From positions 22,751 through 86,750 of IMG/VR virus record IMGVR_UViG_3300031998_000045: a stretch of 64,000 nt of DNA. One strand, written 5' to 3'. A program made the position numbers and the translations under genes. How positions within the stretch are numbered: the first letter of the stretch is position 1; each line of letters starts with the position of its first letter. Positions 63,959 through 64,000 of this stretch are shown here, piece by piece. This DNA is from a virus. Its lineage: Duplodnaviria; Caudoviricetes. Under the pieces are notes generated by a model. It searched no databases, had not been told where the DNA came from, and saw only the letters and a program-made list of their open reading frames with translations.

Positions 63959-64000
63959 AGTCAATTAAATCCTTGTTTATAAATATTTTACTAGCTGCAG

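Noticed and set aside
1-64000. TGA recoding
   Set aside because: TGA terminates many well-defined genes (for example helicase, primase, gp4, Hsp20) and is not needed to restore any conserved motif.

Overview
64 kb of a large T4-like (myovirus-type) phage genome, almost all on the minus strand. The main result is that TAG is read through, most likely as Gln (code 15). Conserved proteins (gp4, gp47, tail tube gp19) and several genes missing from the supplied ORF track are intact only if TAG is sense. Left two-thirds (1-37.2 kb): an 'early' region of small gene cassettes, most with their own copy of a ~40-bp promoter box (about 40 copies). It includes a 7-member paralog family, a Ro60/TROVE-like DUF2828 vWA protein, a MoxR-vWA pair and a split helicase/nuclease/methylase locus. 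At 4.3-9.5 kb is an RNA cluster: tmRNA, 6 canonical-looking tRNAs, unusual tRNAs and two TAG-rich endonucleases. The cluster also holds seven copies of a small stem/CAGCA RNA. Six of these carry an anticodon stem-loop, each for a different codon, and one of the six encloses a complete circularly permuted tRNA-Thr. This RNA family, with the DUF2828 protein as candidate partner, is my best candidate for an undescribed system. Right third: BspA-type LRR paralogs, glycosyltransferases, tail tube, hidden ADP-ribosyltransferase, and a T4-like replication block (primase, clamp, gp46/47, SSB, helicase) with GroEL and Hsp20. All calls come from manual reading, with no database searches.
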